64,000 nt of DNA from a virus (IMGVR_UViG_3300020201_000012:1-64000), one strand, 5' to 3'. Positions 21,081 to 29,419 are shown, counted from the stretch's first letter. Notes: a model not told the origin generated them from the letters alone. Translations and numbers: made by a program.

Positions 21081-21483
21081 TGAGGTGCTCTATCACTTTA
21101 TCTGCGATTTCATCATTCAAGCCTTCATAGAACGTTGTCTTGAAAAAGTTAGGAAATTGTTCATTAAGCATGTCACTATCATCATCTAAGATTGCATATT
21201 TGTTAACTTCAGGGTGTGCATTTAACCATGCTTTAATTTCTTCACCACGAATAGTACCCAGACACGTGGTGACGTCTCAGAGCTCTACGACGCGCTGTGA
21301 GACGTTTTTAAATCCTTCTGGGTCATAGCGCCACGATGAACTCAAAACAACGTCACAGCCCGTAGAGAGCTTTATGCGGGCTATTAAGAGTGCCATGTGA
21401 GGATCTATCGGGTATGGCTCGTGAAAATTGCTTGTACTACGACTGTTCACTACACCATCTATATCGAGAAAAAGTATCTTCAT
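21073..21483 (-). pseudogene. HAD-superfamily phosphatase-like gene (~136 codons) with a single in-frame TGA at 21277-21279
   Basis: The N-terminal 68 aa carry HAD motif I (LFLDIDGVV) and a SSSWR motif. Immediately after the TGA the same frame continues for 67 codons and contains motif IV (AILDDDSD). Either a pseudogene or a readthrough/recoded gene. Confidence 0.45.
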
Positions 21484-21887
21484 CTTTTTGCTTTCGTGAT
21501 TAACTTTCTAGCTTCTTCGTAAGTGAGCATGTTGCCATACATTTCACCTGATAAATCTCTTGCTATAGAAGAGAGCAATGCCTCTGTGTTTCGCCAGTTT
21601 CGCCTTTTCGCAACCAAATTGTATTGCACTCTATAAGCTTGAACTTCTTGCTGCAACCTAAAATCGGCATCTACCAGATACTTGGCCCACCATTCGTCAC
21701 GACCCATTTGTTTCTGTTGGTTAACGTGGACTGATTCATGTTGGTGCAAGTGATCAACTAAATCTGTAGTAGAGGGACTATACACCGTGTCTCCATAAGT
21801 GAATACAATGCCCTCATTACCCCTAACCCCTGGAATGACGTTACATATTTCTTCGTAATTAGGTGGGTAAGCTTTAACTATTTTCAT
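21480..21887 (-). CDS. HExxH-motif zinc metallopeptidase-like protein (SprT-like?)
   Basis: HQHESVH motif in a 135-aa protein. Confidence 0.3.
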   Translation of the reverse strand: MKIVKAYPPNYEEICNVIPGVRGNEGIVFTYGDTVYSPSTTDLVDHLHQHESVHVNQQKQMGRDEWWAKYLVDADFRLQQEVQAYRVQYNLVAKRRNWRNTEALLSSIARDLSGEMYGNMLTYEEARKLITKAKR

Positions 21888-22218
21888 TACTAAGAGACTC
21901 CTTCTTTAATTGTTGCCATAGTTTTTCTTCTTCTGCGTTCTGTAACTCTTGAATTCTCCAATATAAATTTTCATACTTATCTCGGTAAAGCCTTAGACAT
22001 ATGGGGCAGTAACTACCGCCGTAGTCGCTTATATCTTCGGGGTCGTATGTTCGGTCGGTATAGCATATATCTCGACTACAGCGCATACACCGCACTTTAT
22101 TACCATAGTCATCTGCACTTGGCTTATCACAAAAATCGCAGAACGTAACTATCTTTTCTGTCTTCTTCGCTGGGCGAGCTTTTACCGCAGGTATGGTTTT
22201 AGTTATTGTCTTTTTCAT
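21874..22218 (-). CDS. Zinc-ribbon protein (multiple CxxC pairs)
   Basis: Three CxxC pairs (CDFC, CMRC, CPIC). Confidence 0.3.
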   Translation of the reverse strand: MKKTITKTIPAVKARPAKKTEKIVTFCDFCDKPSADDYGNKVRCMRCSRDICYTDRTYDPEDISDYGGSYCPICLRLYRDKYENLYWRIQELQNAEEEKLWQQLKKESLSNENS

Positions 22219-22547
22219 TCGAACTCCATCTCACCAGCTGGTTGGGTTGGGTCTATAACAATTTCTGCACCGAGTACGTGCCCCCATTCGCTGTATTCGG
22301 GCATAACTTCAGATATAGTCTTAGGGTCTCTTCTCTTTTTATTGTCTTCTACCATACCTACGCGCAATCTTTCTTCTTCTTCTTCAGTAAGAAAAAAGTC
22401 TTTCAGAGCAATGTAAGCTTCTGGCGAACACTTTAACCGGTTAAAGAACGTGCCAGTTTTTTTTAATTTCACAATAGACGCATACATCTCATTGATATTA
22501 ATTTTAGGAAATCTAGCTAGAGTACTAGTCTTTAACATATTCTTCAC
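22215..22547 (-). CDS. Hypothetical protein
   Basis: ORF in the minus-strand early block. Confidence 0.2.
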   Translation of the reverse strand: MKNMLKTSTLARFPKININEMYASIVKLKKTGTFFNRLKCSPEAYIALKDFFLTEEEEERLRVGMVEDNKKRRDPKTISEVMPEYSEWGHVLGAEIVIDPTQPAGEMEFE

Positions 22548-22956
22548 CCACTAAAGCTTGTGTTATAGCTTTTTCTAGTATATAATATGCTTTATCTACA
22601 CAACAAGATGGCCCTTCAGTTTTTTGTATGTATCTAACTAAGTTATACTCAAGAAATGGAAGAGCTAGCAAGAGTATATAAGCTTCATCTGATACCTTTT
22701 CGTAACCATACTTTTCTTTTAGCACAGTGGTAGCGTTTAGCGCGTGGCCAGTCATCTCATCTTCTAGGTTTCTCAATAAACCTTCCATACTGTTGCTGCG
22801 CTTGAACAGTAGCTTATAGCTAGCACTAGCTTTACGTTCTTTCTCGGCTACACCAATTATGCCTTCCATTAGGCTCTTGAGAGCTTCTGCTGAAAACTCT
22901 TCTGCTTTGCCGTCTGCTTTATCTTTCATTTTTCTGTAGGTCTTTAACATATTCAA
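22525..22956 (-). CDS. Hypothetical protein
   Basis: ORF only. Confidence 0.2.
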   Translation of the reverse strand: MNMLKTYRKMKDKADGKAEEFSAEALKSLMEGIIGVAEKERKASASYKLLFKRSNSMEGLLRNLEDEMTGHALNATTVLKEKYGYEKVSDEAYILLLALPFLEYNLVRYIQKTEGPSCCVDKAYYILEKAITQALVGEEYVKD

Positions 22957-23104
22957 TTACTGCTGAAAGCATTGATAATGAAGCGTCTGCTGAGGGGTTG
23001 TCTCCAAGTTTATTTTTTTTAACATAGGCTTTAAACCTAGTTTGAGCACACTCTAGAACTCTGACAGTAGTCTTATATTCTTCTTGGGTTGGCTTTTTAC
23101 TCAT
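22919..23104 (-). CDS. Hypothetical small protein
   Basis: ORF only. Confidence 0.15.
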   Translation of the reverse strand: MSKKPTQEEYKTTVRVLECAQTRFKAYVKKNKLGDNPSADASLSMLSAVIEYVKDLQKNER

Positions 23105-23526
23105 TAGAAATCTTCTTTCTTCTTTATTGCTTCAGGCGCTTCTTCTTTTATCATTTTTTCTAGTTCATTGGTTATAGTAAATGCCAATGTAGCCTCGCTA
23201 GAAGTGGTACCTTTACCAAACATTGTATTAAATTTAAGTCTAGAGGCTAGAGACTTTAAAGCTTTATCAACTAATTTATCTGCCATTTTATCTAGGTTCT
23301 TTTCGGCGTTAGCTGTTAATTGTTCTAGCTCTATATTACGCTCTAGACTTCGCTTATAACCCCAACTGTCTTCTTTCTTCTTTAGGTTAGACTTTCGTGC
23401 AACGAGGTATTCTTCATGATCGTTAACAACTACCACTAGATCATCTTCACCTACAATCTTATTCGAAATTGTTACATAGTCATCGTTATATAAATATTCT
23501 TGCTTATCGTCGGTCTCTTCTTTCAT
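23104..23526 (-). CDS. Hypothetical acidic protein
   Basis: ORF only. Confidence 0.2.
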   Translation of the reverse strand: MKEETDDKQEYLYNDDYVTISNKIVGEDDLVVVVNDHEEYLVARKSNLKKKEDSWGYKRSLERNIELEQLTANAEKNLDKMADKLVDKALKSLASRLKFNTMFGKGTTSSEATLAFTITNELEKMIKEEAPEAIKKKEDF

Positions 23527-23858
23527 ATTTCTTCTCCCCTTACGGTTACTATTACGTTACCTACTTTAACTGCTCTCTTGTGATTAGCCACTTTAGCTCT
23601 AATGTCAAGCATGTCCATACCCTCTACTCTTTCTAGGTATCTAACTACCGAATGGTCCGTGACCTCTGGTGTTTCCCCTTCGTGTTTAAGTGCATAGATA
23701 GCCTGACCAACACTAGCTATCTTTTTATTTATTTTTCTCACCCTATTGGAAGCTTTATTAGACTCTTCTATTAAAGGTTTTCGTGCCTCACTTAATTCTC
23801 TGTGAATTCTCTGATTCTCGGCTAATTTATCTCTACGTTCAATCTCTTTTTCTTTCAT
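23523..23858 (-). CDS. Hypothetical coiled-coil protein
   Basis: ORF only. Confidence 0.2.
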   Translation of the reverse strand: MKEKEIERRDKLAENQRIHRELSEARKPLIEESNKASNRVRKINKKIASVGQAIYALKHEGETPEVTDHSVVRYLERVEGMDMLDIRAKVANHKRAVKVGNVIVTVRGEEI

Positions 23859-23906
23859 GTTTTAATAATACACCAATATAAAAATAAAGTCAATTCTTTT
23901 TTATAC

Positions 23907-23934
23907 TTGACATAAAACGCTGATGGTGTATAAT
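23907..23934 (+). promoter_or_regulatory. Consensus sigma70 promoter (TTGACA-16-TATAAT) driving a 30-codon ORF and tRNA array A
   Basis: Perfect hexamers. Confidence 0.5.
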
Positions 23935-23940
23935 TAGGGT

Positions 23941-24033
23941 ATGGCAACTAGAATTATAGCCCGAACAACAGCAACCGCTAAGACGGCTACTTTTGCTATG
24001 CACGTAATGCGTGGAGGCAAAGCCAAACAGTAA
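23941..24033 (+). CDS. Small ORF (30 aa) between promoter and terminator
   Basis: MATRIIARTTATAKTATFAMHVMRGGKAKQ. Could instead be an sRNA. Confidence 0.15.
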   Translation: MATRIIARTTATAKTATFAMHVMRGGKAKQ

Positions 24034-24061
24034 ACCCTTATACTTTTCTATAGAATCTTAT

Positions 24062-24082
24062 AAGGGCAATCAGCCCTTTTTT
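24062..24082 (+). terminator. Rho-independent terminator (aagggc-aatca-gccc + T6)
   Basis: Hairpin plus T-run. Confidence 0.45.
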
Positions 24083-24091
24083 AAATATTAA

Positions 24092-24166
24092 GGGTCTGTG
24101 GCTTAACGGTCGAGCGGTAGCCTTTTAAGCTATTACAAGCGGGTTCGACTCCCGCCGGACCCTCCA
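24092..24166 (+). tRNA. tRNA-Lys(UUU)
   Basis: Hand fold: acceptor GGGTCTG/CGGACCC, anticodon loop CTTTTAA, T-loop TTCGACT, encoded CCA. Confidence 0.65.
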
Positions 24167-24171
24167 AATAA

Positions 24172-24247
24172 TGAAAATTAACTCAGCGATTAGAGTGCTT
24201 TCCTGATACGAAAGAAGTCCGAGGTTTGAATCCTCGATTTTCAACCA
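24172..24247 (+). tRNA. tRNA-Ile(GAU)
   Basis: Acceptor TGAAAAT/ATTTTCA, anticodon loop CTGATAC. Confidence 0.65.
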
Positions 24248-24250
24248 GAT

Positions 24251-24324
24251 GCCCCAGAAGCTTTGTGGCGAAGCACCAGTTTTGTAAACTGGGGAGTACA
24301 GTCCGATTCTGTGGTGGGGCTCCA
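24251..24324 (+). tRNA. tRNA-Thr(UGU)
   Basis: Anticodon stem CCAGT/ACTGG, loop TTTGTAA. Confidence 0.6.
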
Positions 24325-24332
24325 ATAAATAA

Positions 24333-24409
24333 GCGGGTATAGTGTTCAATGGTTAGCACGATTGCCTTCCAAGTAATAGGTCGGCGTTCGAATCGTCGTA
24401 CCCGCACCA
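24333..24409 (+). tRNA. tRNA-Gly(UCC)
   Basis: Acceptor GCGGGTA/TACCCGC, loop CTTCCAA. Confidence 0.6.
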
Positions 24410-24413
24410 ATAA

Positions 24414-24486
24414 GCTGTCGTGGGCGGAATCCCAGCAAGGTGTTCTAAGCCGACGCACGAAAGTTCGACTCTTTCCGACAGTACCA
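24414..24486 (+). tRNA. tRNA-like gene, anticodon unresolved
   Basis: Clean acceptor (GCTGTCG/CGACAGT), T-arm (GAAAG-TTCGACT-CTTTC) and CCA. The D and anticodon region is 3 nt short and will not fold into a canonical 5-bp/7-nt arm. The best fold gives loop CTAAGCC. Confidence 0.4.
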
Positions 24487-24542
24487 ATTTAAAAAAAGGA
24501 GCTAAAGATAACATACATATCAAGCCTAGTAACCAACGATCA

Positions 24543-24617
24543 CGGCGTATCGTCTAATGGTTAGGGCATCTGTCTTATATGCAGATTACGAAGGTTCAAT
24601 TCCTTCTACGCCGACCA
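24543..24617 (+). tRNA. tRNA-Ile(UAU)-like
   Basis: Acceptor CGGCGTA/TACGCCG. Anticodon stem TCTGT/GCAGA with loop CTTATAT, giving anticodon UAU, which is unusual in bacteria. Confidence 0.45.
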
Positions 24618-24621
24618 ATAA

Positions 24622-24692
24622 CATCCATTAGTTCAAGGGCAAGAATACACACCTACAGGTGTACGACAGCGGTTCAACTCCGTTATGGATAG
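24622..24692 (+). tRNA. tRNA-like gene with apparent 8-nt anticodon loop (ACCTACAG)
   Basis: Acceptor (6/7 bp), D-arm and T-arm are all present. The only consistent anticodon stem, TACAC/GTGTA, leaves an 8-nt loop. Confidence 0.35.
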
Positions 24693-24736
24693 TGTCCTTG
24701 GGGCCTCAACGACGTAAAACGTAAGGCCCACTAATT

Positions 24737-24813
24737 CGCTTCTTAGCTCATTTGGCTAGAGCACCTCGTTTACACCGAGGGGGTGGTAGGTTCAAATCCT
24801 ACAGAAGCGACCA
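24737..24813 (+). tRNA. tRNA-Val(UAC)
   Basis: Acceptor CGCTTCT/AGAAGCG, loop TTTACAC. Confidence 0.65.
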
Positions 24814-24818
24814 ATATA

Positions 24819-24893
24819 GCGGGGTGGAGCAGTGGTCAGCTCGGGTGCCTCATAAGCACCAGGTCGAGGGTTCGAATCCCTCCCCCGCAACCA
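24819..24893 (+). tRNA. tRNA-Met(CAU) (elongator, or Ile-lysidine type)
   Basis: Acceptor GCGGGGT, loop CTCATAA. Confidence 0.6.
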
Positions 24894-24897
24894 TAAT

Positions 24898-24967
24898 GCA
24901 CGGGTACAAGGTACAGATAGGCCTCATATGCCTTTCCTGATGGGCGCGATACCCATGCGTGCGACCA
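24898..24967 (+). tRNA. Degenerate tRNA-like sequence (CAU-type loop CTCATAT)
   Basis: Poor acceptor pairing (5/7), non-canonical T-loop CGCGATA. Possibly a pseudo-tRNA. Confidence 0.25.
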
Positions 24968-25042
24968 GAGCTGTTAGTTCAACGGATAGAATACTGGCCT
25001 TCGAAGCCATTGATGAAAGTTCGAATCTTTCACGACTCACCA
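24968..25042 (+). tRNA. tRNA-Arg(UCG)
   Basis: Acceptor GAGCTGT/ACGACTC (one mismatch), loop CTTCGAA, T-loop TTCGAAT. Confidence 0.5.
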
Positions 25043-25045
25043 TAT

Positions 25046-25121
25046 GGGGGATTCATATAATGTCTTATTATGCTTGCCTTGCACGCAGGTCATCAGAGTT
25101 AGATTCTCTGATCTTCCACCA
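25046..25121 (+). tRNA. tRNA-Ala(UGC)-like (atypical)
   Basis: Acceptor GGGGGAT/ATCTTCC with two G-U pairs, anticodon loop CTTGCAC. Non-canonical D-loop (no GG) and T-loop (TTAGATT). Confidence 0.35.
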
Positions 25122-25126
25122 ATTAC

Positions 25127-25201
25127 GGGTCTTATGCCGAACGGTTAGGCAGATGCCTCTTAAGCATCCCCGAGTGGGTTCAACCCCCACAGGGCCCTCC
25201 A
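25127..25201 (+). tRNA. tRNA-Lys(CUU)
   Basis: Anticodon stem GATGC/GCATC, loop CTCTTAA, T-loop TTCAACC. Confidence 0.6.
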
Positions 25202-25300
25202 TTTTACTCAATAATATATAATTAATATAGAACCTTAAACTAGGGGTCTAAAACCCAAGCACAGCAGATGCTCATATAAAATAAACATAGGGGAAGATAT

Positions 25301-26296
25301 ATGAAGCAAGAGCCAATTAAGTCGTGGGAGGCGGGAGCTTATAATAGGGAGACTAACGAATGGGTTCATACAACACTACACAGCTACGATCACACACACG
25401 GTGACGCAGACATACGAGACCTGCTAATAAGCAGGGCTGCACCGACGAAGATAACCCCGACAAAACGAGGCAAACCGTTCAGGTCAGATGCTAGAACTCT
25501 CGTGGCAGGTGACGCACAAATACCGTTCCAAGACCCAGAAGCTTTCGATCGTTTTCAGAGAACGGTAATAGAGGTACAGCCAGACAATATAGTATTTGTC
25601 GGCGATATGATTGACCTGCCCAGTATGAGCCGCTGGAGTCAACGTTCAGAATGGGTTGGCACGACACAGGGCGCAATAGACCAGTACCATTCGTTCTTGG
25701 CTCAGACAAGAGCTAACGCACCCAACTCGAACATATCGGTCGTGCACGGCAACCACGAACAGCGAATGGACGACTACGTTCGAAAAAACGCAGCAGAGGC
25801 TTTAGGGCTAAAGAGAGCAAACTCAGCAAAAGAGCTCGCAGTGTTGACGCTCCAATACCTCGTTAGGTACGACGATTTAGAGGTACACAGCGTAGACGGC
25901 TACCCAAACGGCACTCTGTGGCTTGAAGATAATATCAAAGCAACTCACGGAACCAATGTAGCAAAAGGTGGCAGTAACGCGGCCAAGTACCTCAGACAAG
26001 AAAGGGAAACCACTTTGTACGGGCATACACACCGCCAAGAATTAGCCTACAGAACGTTTCCTATGCGAGTCGGTGCTATAACGATTGCGGCCGCTTCTCC
26101 GGGTTGTCTAGCCCTTATAGACGGGACTGTGCCGGGGTTTCACCACACGGTCGATGCCCAGGGTGAATTAGTTAAAAAAGCAGAGGACTGGCAACAAGGA
26201 CTATTAGTAATTGACCACAACTCTGGAGTACACAACATAACACCAGTGTTATTCACTGAAGAAGGATTCTACTTAGATGGAAAGAGACATAAATAA
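25301..26296 (+). CDS. Calcineurin-like metallophosphoesterase
   Basis: Motifs VAGDAQ, FVGDMID, VHGNHE and GHTH match phosphoesterase motifs I-IV. Confidence 0.55.
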   Translation: MKQEPIKSWEAGAYNRETNEWVHTTLHSYDHTHGDADIRDLLISRAAPTKITPTKRGKPFRSDARTLVAGDAQIPFQDPEAFDRFQRTVIEVQPDNIVFVGDMIDLPSMSRWSQRSEWVGTTQGAIDQYHSFLAQTRANAPNSNISVVHGNHEQRMDDYVRKNAAEALGLKRANSAKELAVLTLQYLVRYDDLEVHSVDGYPNGTLWLEDNIKATHGTNVAKGGSNAAKYLRQERETTLYGHTHRQELAYRTFPMRVGAITIAAASPGCLALIDGTVPGFHHTVDAQGELVKKAEDWQQGLLVIDHNSGVHNITPVLFTEEGFYLDGKRHK

Positions 26297-26567
26297 CTCG
26301 GGCCCAGAAACAAGCGAAACGTTTCGCTCTAGGGTTACACAACACCTAATACAGGCGATACAAAACGACCCCGAATATCCGCAATACCCGCCACATTGTC
26401 AAGAAGATTATGTTTGGGATAGGCTTAATAGCCTAGAAGATGATGATTATTTACCGCTAGACTTAGATGCGTTTAGTGTATTTCAACACTTTATAGCAAC
26501 TAGGCGTCCCGAAACTAAAATTATTAAAGTAAAAAAAAGACCCCCTAGTGGAGCGTTTTACGAATAA
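26277..26567 (+). CDS. Hypothetical protein
   Basis: ORF only. Confidence 0.2.
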   Translation: MERDINNSGPETSETFRSRVTQHLIQAIQNDPEYPQYPPHCQEDYVWDRLNSLEDDDYLPLDLDAFSVFQHFIATRRPETKIIKVKKRPPSGAFYE

Positions 26568-26986
26568 TGGCAAACTTTATAGACGTAGAACAAGACGGGT
26601 TTAGGCCCAATTATGGCGAGATCATATGGACGCCCAGACTAAATAGTGCACTAGAGTCCGCTAACGTTGTAATATCACCACTGGGTTACTGTGAAGACGG
26701 TAAAGAACCGATGCAGATAACTCAAGAAAATACTAATATATACTTAAATCAGGTAGCCGAGGAGCTAGACGTAGTAGCGGTAAAATACGATCAAGACGGA
26801 GAAGATGTTTGGACTTGGTACTTTAGGCAGGCTTTTGAGAGATCACCGGTTCCATTTGAAGCAGTTGTCAGCGTCATCGGTGTGTGGGCGTGCAATATTA
26901 CCACCCTGTACCCAATGAAACACATAGTGGACCAGTATCAACGTATGAGTACGAGAGACCTAGACACTATACCTGAATGGCTGTAG
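26567..26986 (+). CDS. Hypothetical protein
   Basis: ORF only. Confidence 0.2.
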   Translation: MANFIDVEQDGFRPNYGEIIWTPRLNSALESANVVISPLGYCEDGKEPMQITQENTNIYLNQVAEELDVVAVKYDQDGEDVWTWYFRQAFERSPVPFEAVVSVIGVWACNITTLYPMKHIVDQYQRMSTRDLDTIPEWL

Positions 26987-27058
26987 CCGTTATTCACATA
27001 TAAAAAACACCCAGCTAAAGGGTGTTTTTTGTTTACTGCGAAAGAACAATAGGTGTAT

Positions 27059-27427
27059 TTATATTTGATTCTGTGCTTCAGCTAACAGATGTTTAATGCG
27101 TGACTGTGCTGAACTTATAAGCCTACTGCCGCTTGAACATAAGCGCGTGAGACGAATTATTTCTGCACGGTCTACTGCTACGTCGTACTTAACCTGTATT
27201 TGAGAGGCATTGGCTGATAGATCTTTTGCACGATATTCTTTGAACAATTCAGCTTCGCGTAACTCAAGTTTCTTTTCTTCTTCGGCGAGACACTCTTCTA
27301 GGGCACTGTTAAACTGCGAGAGAAGGTACATGTGCTCACTTATGTAAGTAGGTTGAGGGGTGCCCCCCATCTTTTGAAGGGCACCTCTCTCTTGTAGCAC
27401 ACCTTTGACGGCTACTTCTATCTTCAT
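27059..27427 (-). CDS. Hypothetical coiled-coil protein
   Basis: ORF only; 1-nt overlap with the upstream SPFH gene. Confidence 0.2.
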   Translation of the reverse strand: MKIEVAVKGVLQERGALQKMGGTPQPTYISEHMYLLSQFNSALEECLAEEEKKLELREAELFKEYRAKDLSANASQIQVKYDVAVDRAEIIRLTRLCSSGSRLISSAQSRIKHLLAEAQNQI

Positions 27428-28257
27428 TATTCAGTCTTTGGTGCTGGTATGTTGAAGAACAAACCGCCATCGCTACCTGAATAGACCGGTAAAACACCAT
27501 TCCATTTTTTAATTGCTTCTTGTTGCAATAGTTCTGGCGTCAAGGTCTGTTGCTTGAGTCTCTGCGCTTCGGCCTGTGCCTGTGCTTCTGCAATAGACTT
27601 CTCTGCGTTCACCTTAACGGTTTCAAGCTCTTGACGGGCCTGTGCGACGTTCTGGTTGGCTATCTGTACTGCTTCGATGGCTTTATTGAACTCTGCTGAG
27701 AATGAGAAGTTCGTAATAGCAATGTCTTGTATGTTATAGCGACCATCAGCCTGTAGGCGATCTTTTAGATTCTTAAGTACGGCTTCTTTTACTTCTGCAC
27801 GACGTGTTATTAACTCGCTGGCTGTGTATGAAGCTGATACGGCCTTAAATGCTTCCTGCACTTGCGGGTCAATCTCTACTGCTTGAAAGTTAGCACCAAC
27901 CCGTTGATGCACTTCTGATACTTTACCACGATTTAGACTGTAAGTCAAAACTATTGTGGCATTTACATCTTGCAGATCTTTGGTTGCTGCTGCTGATGTA
28001 GCTTCTACTTTCTGAGTTTTTATATCATACTCCGTAACGTTGTTCACCCCCCAAGGAAGCACCCAACCGAGACCCTCTGTAAGCTCACGCCCTGTTACTT
28101 TACCATACTGTGTCACCACACCGATACGGCCGGTATCAATGCTTCTCATTGAGCCGAACAGTGTTATGATTGCTATAAGCACAAGTGGGGCTAGGACCCA
28201 TATTCTCATAAATCTGAGAAGCGCCCGCTTGTTTGTTGTCTGATTATCTAGTGTCAT
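27427..28257 (-). CDS. SPFH/Band-7 (prohibitin/HflK-C-like) membrane protein
   Basis: N-terminal TM, then a band-7-like core followed by an A/Q/E-rich coiled-coil. Confidence 0.55.
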   Translation of the reverse strand: MTLDNQTTNKRALLRFMRIWVLAPLVLIAIITLFGSMRSIDTGRIGVVTQYGKVTGRELTEGLGWVLPWGVNNVTEYDIKTQKVEATSAAATKDLQDVNATIVLTYSLNRGKVSEVHQRVGANFQAVEIDPQVQEAFKAVSASYTASELITRRAEVKEAVLKNLKDRLQADGRYNIQDIAITNFSFSAEFNKAIEAVQIANQNVAQARQELETVKVNAEKSIAEAQAQAEAQRLKQQTLTPELLQQEAIKKWNGVLPVYSGSDGGLFFNIPAPKTE

Positions 28258-28387
28258 TGTTTCTTACTCTTTCTGGCTTTCTTTATAAGCTCTTGTTCAT
28301 AGTTTTTTATGGTTCTACTTTGTTGTACGGACAGCACCATTAATGTAATCACGGCTGTCAATAGTGCTACTATTAAGACGAACTGCA

Positions 28388-29077
28388 TTAAAATGGAATT
28401 TCATCTAAGCTGATGGGTTCGTCTTGAATATCTTCGACTACAGTGTCTCTTCGCATTGATGACTCATCATCATGATTGTCATCTGGTGAGTAACTAAAGT
28501 ATTCGCTCAAGTAAGCCTGTAGCTCTTTATCTAGCTCGACAGCTTCCTCTTTTTCAGTATCACCCATTGGTGCAGCCCCGAAAATAGGAACTTTATATGA
28601 AATAGCGGCATTCTTGGCGTCACTCCAACCGGTTAGCGTGATCTTATTAGTATTAACGCGATTCTTCTTAGTAAACTCAATCCATGCGTTCAATGCAGCG
28701 CCGGTTAGTGATAGGTTGTTTATTTCCATACCATCACTGCCTTTAGTCGCTACATAGATACTTGAATGGTATTTAGACCCCGCAACACCTGTGCTACCTT
28801 TAATGTCTCGCCAGATACCTGATTCTTTCATACCCTTACTGGTGCGAACAGTTAGTGTATCTCGACCTACCGAACGAACCTCATTAGACCAGTAACCTGA
28901 TTCGTCTTGGTTAGACCAACCCTTTACTGTCGCCAACTGATCTAGAACTATAAACTCTAGGGGTGTTGGTACATTAATATTCTCTTTGCTTTCTCTGTCG
29001 TAATAACTAACAGCACCGCTCTTTATCTTCATATAGCGCTTAGCTGGGTTAGTTGGCCGATCCTGTGATAGACTCAT
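28388..29077 (-). CDS. Putative single-stranded DNA-binding protein (SSB-like acidic C-terminal tail)
   Basis: C-terminus …DDNHDDESS…DEPISLDEIPF resembles the conserved SSB acidic tail ending in DDIPF. The core OB fold was not verified. Confidence 0.3.
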   Translation of the reverse strand: MSLSQDRPTNPAKRYMKIKSGAVSYYDRESKENINVPTPLEFIVLDQLATVKGWSNQDESGYWSNEVRSVGRDTLTVRTSKGMKESGIWRDIKGSTGVAGSKYHSSIYVATKGSDGMEINNLSLTGAALNAWIEFTKKNRVNTNKITLTGWSDAKNAAISYKVPIFGAAPMGDTEKEEAVELDKELQAYLSEYFSYSPDDNHDDESSMRRDTVVEDIQDEPISLDEIPF

Positions 29078-29149
29078 ATCTTCTCCTTAATTTACTTATA
29101 CCTATAATTATATAGCAAAAACCACACAATTGCAAGTACTTTTTTTATA

Positions 29150-29419
29150 TTATTTTGTTCTCCAATAACACACCGTTCGGCCTGTCGCGGGATAGATTGC
29201 TTTAAAAGCTAGTTCTACCTTATCTATACCCAACAACTCGTTTGTACGAGGTGTTATGGTGTTGATTGGTAGGGCTAGGTGAGAAGCAATCTCTTGGTTA
29301 TTAACAGGTCGTTTTGCTTTAGCTATTGTTTGCAACACTAGGGCTTGTTTCTTGCCAATACTAGGCAACACTTCATCGTAGGCGAGCAGGCTCGTATCTC
29401 TAACACTCATCGCTTGCAC
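29150..29419 (-). CDS. Small winged-helix-like DNA-binding protein
   Basis: 89 aa, HTH-like central segment. Weak. Confidence 0.2.
   Translation of the reverse strand: MQAMSVRDTSLLAYDEVLPSIGKKQALVLQTIAKAKRPVNNQEIASHLALPINTITPRTNELLGIDKVELAFKAIYPATGRTVCYWRTK

Noticed and set aside
21277-21279. Selenocysteine incorporation at the HAD in-frame UGA
   Set aside because: A downstream hairpin exists, but HAD phosphatases are not selenoproteins and no selB, selC or selD genes are present in the window. Readthrough or a pseudogene is more parsimonious.
24125-25221. ORFs 24125-24349(-), 24183-24458(-), 24752-24940(+) and 24928-25221(+) covering tRNA array A
   Set aside because: The region is densely occupied by tRNA genes, so the ORFs are artefacts.
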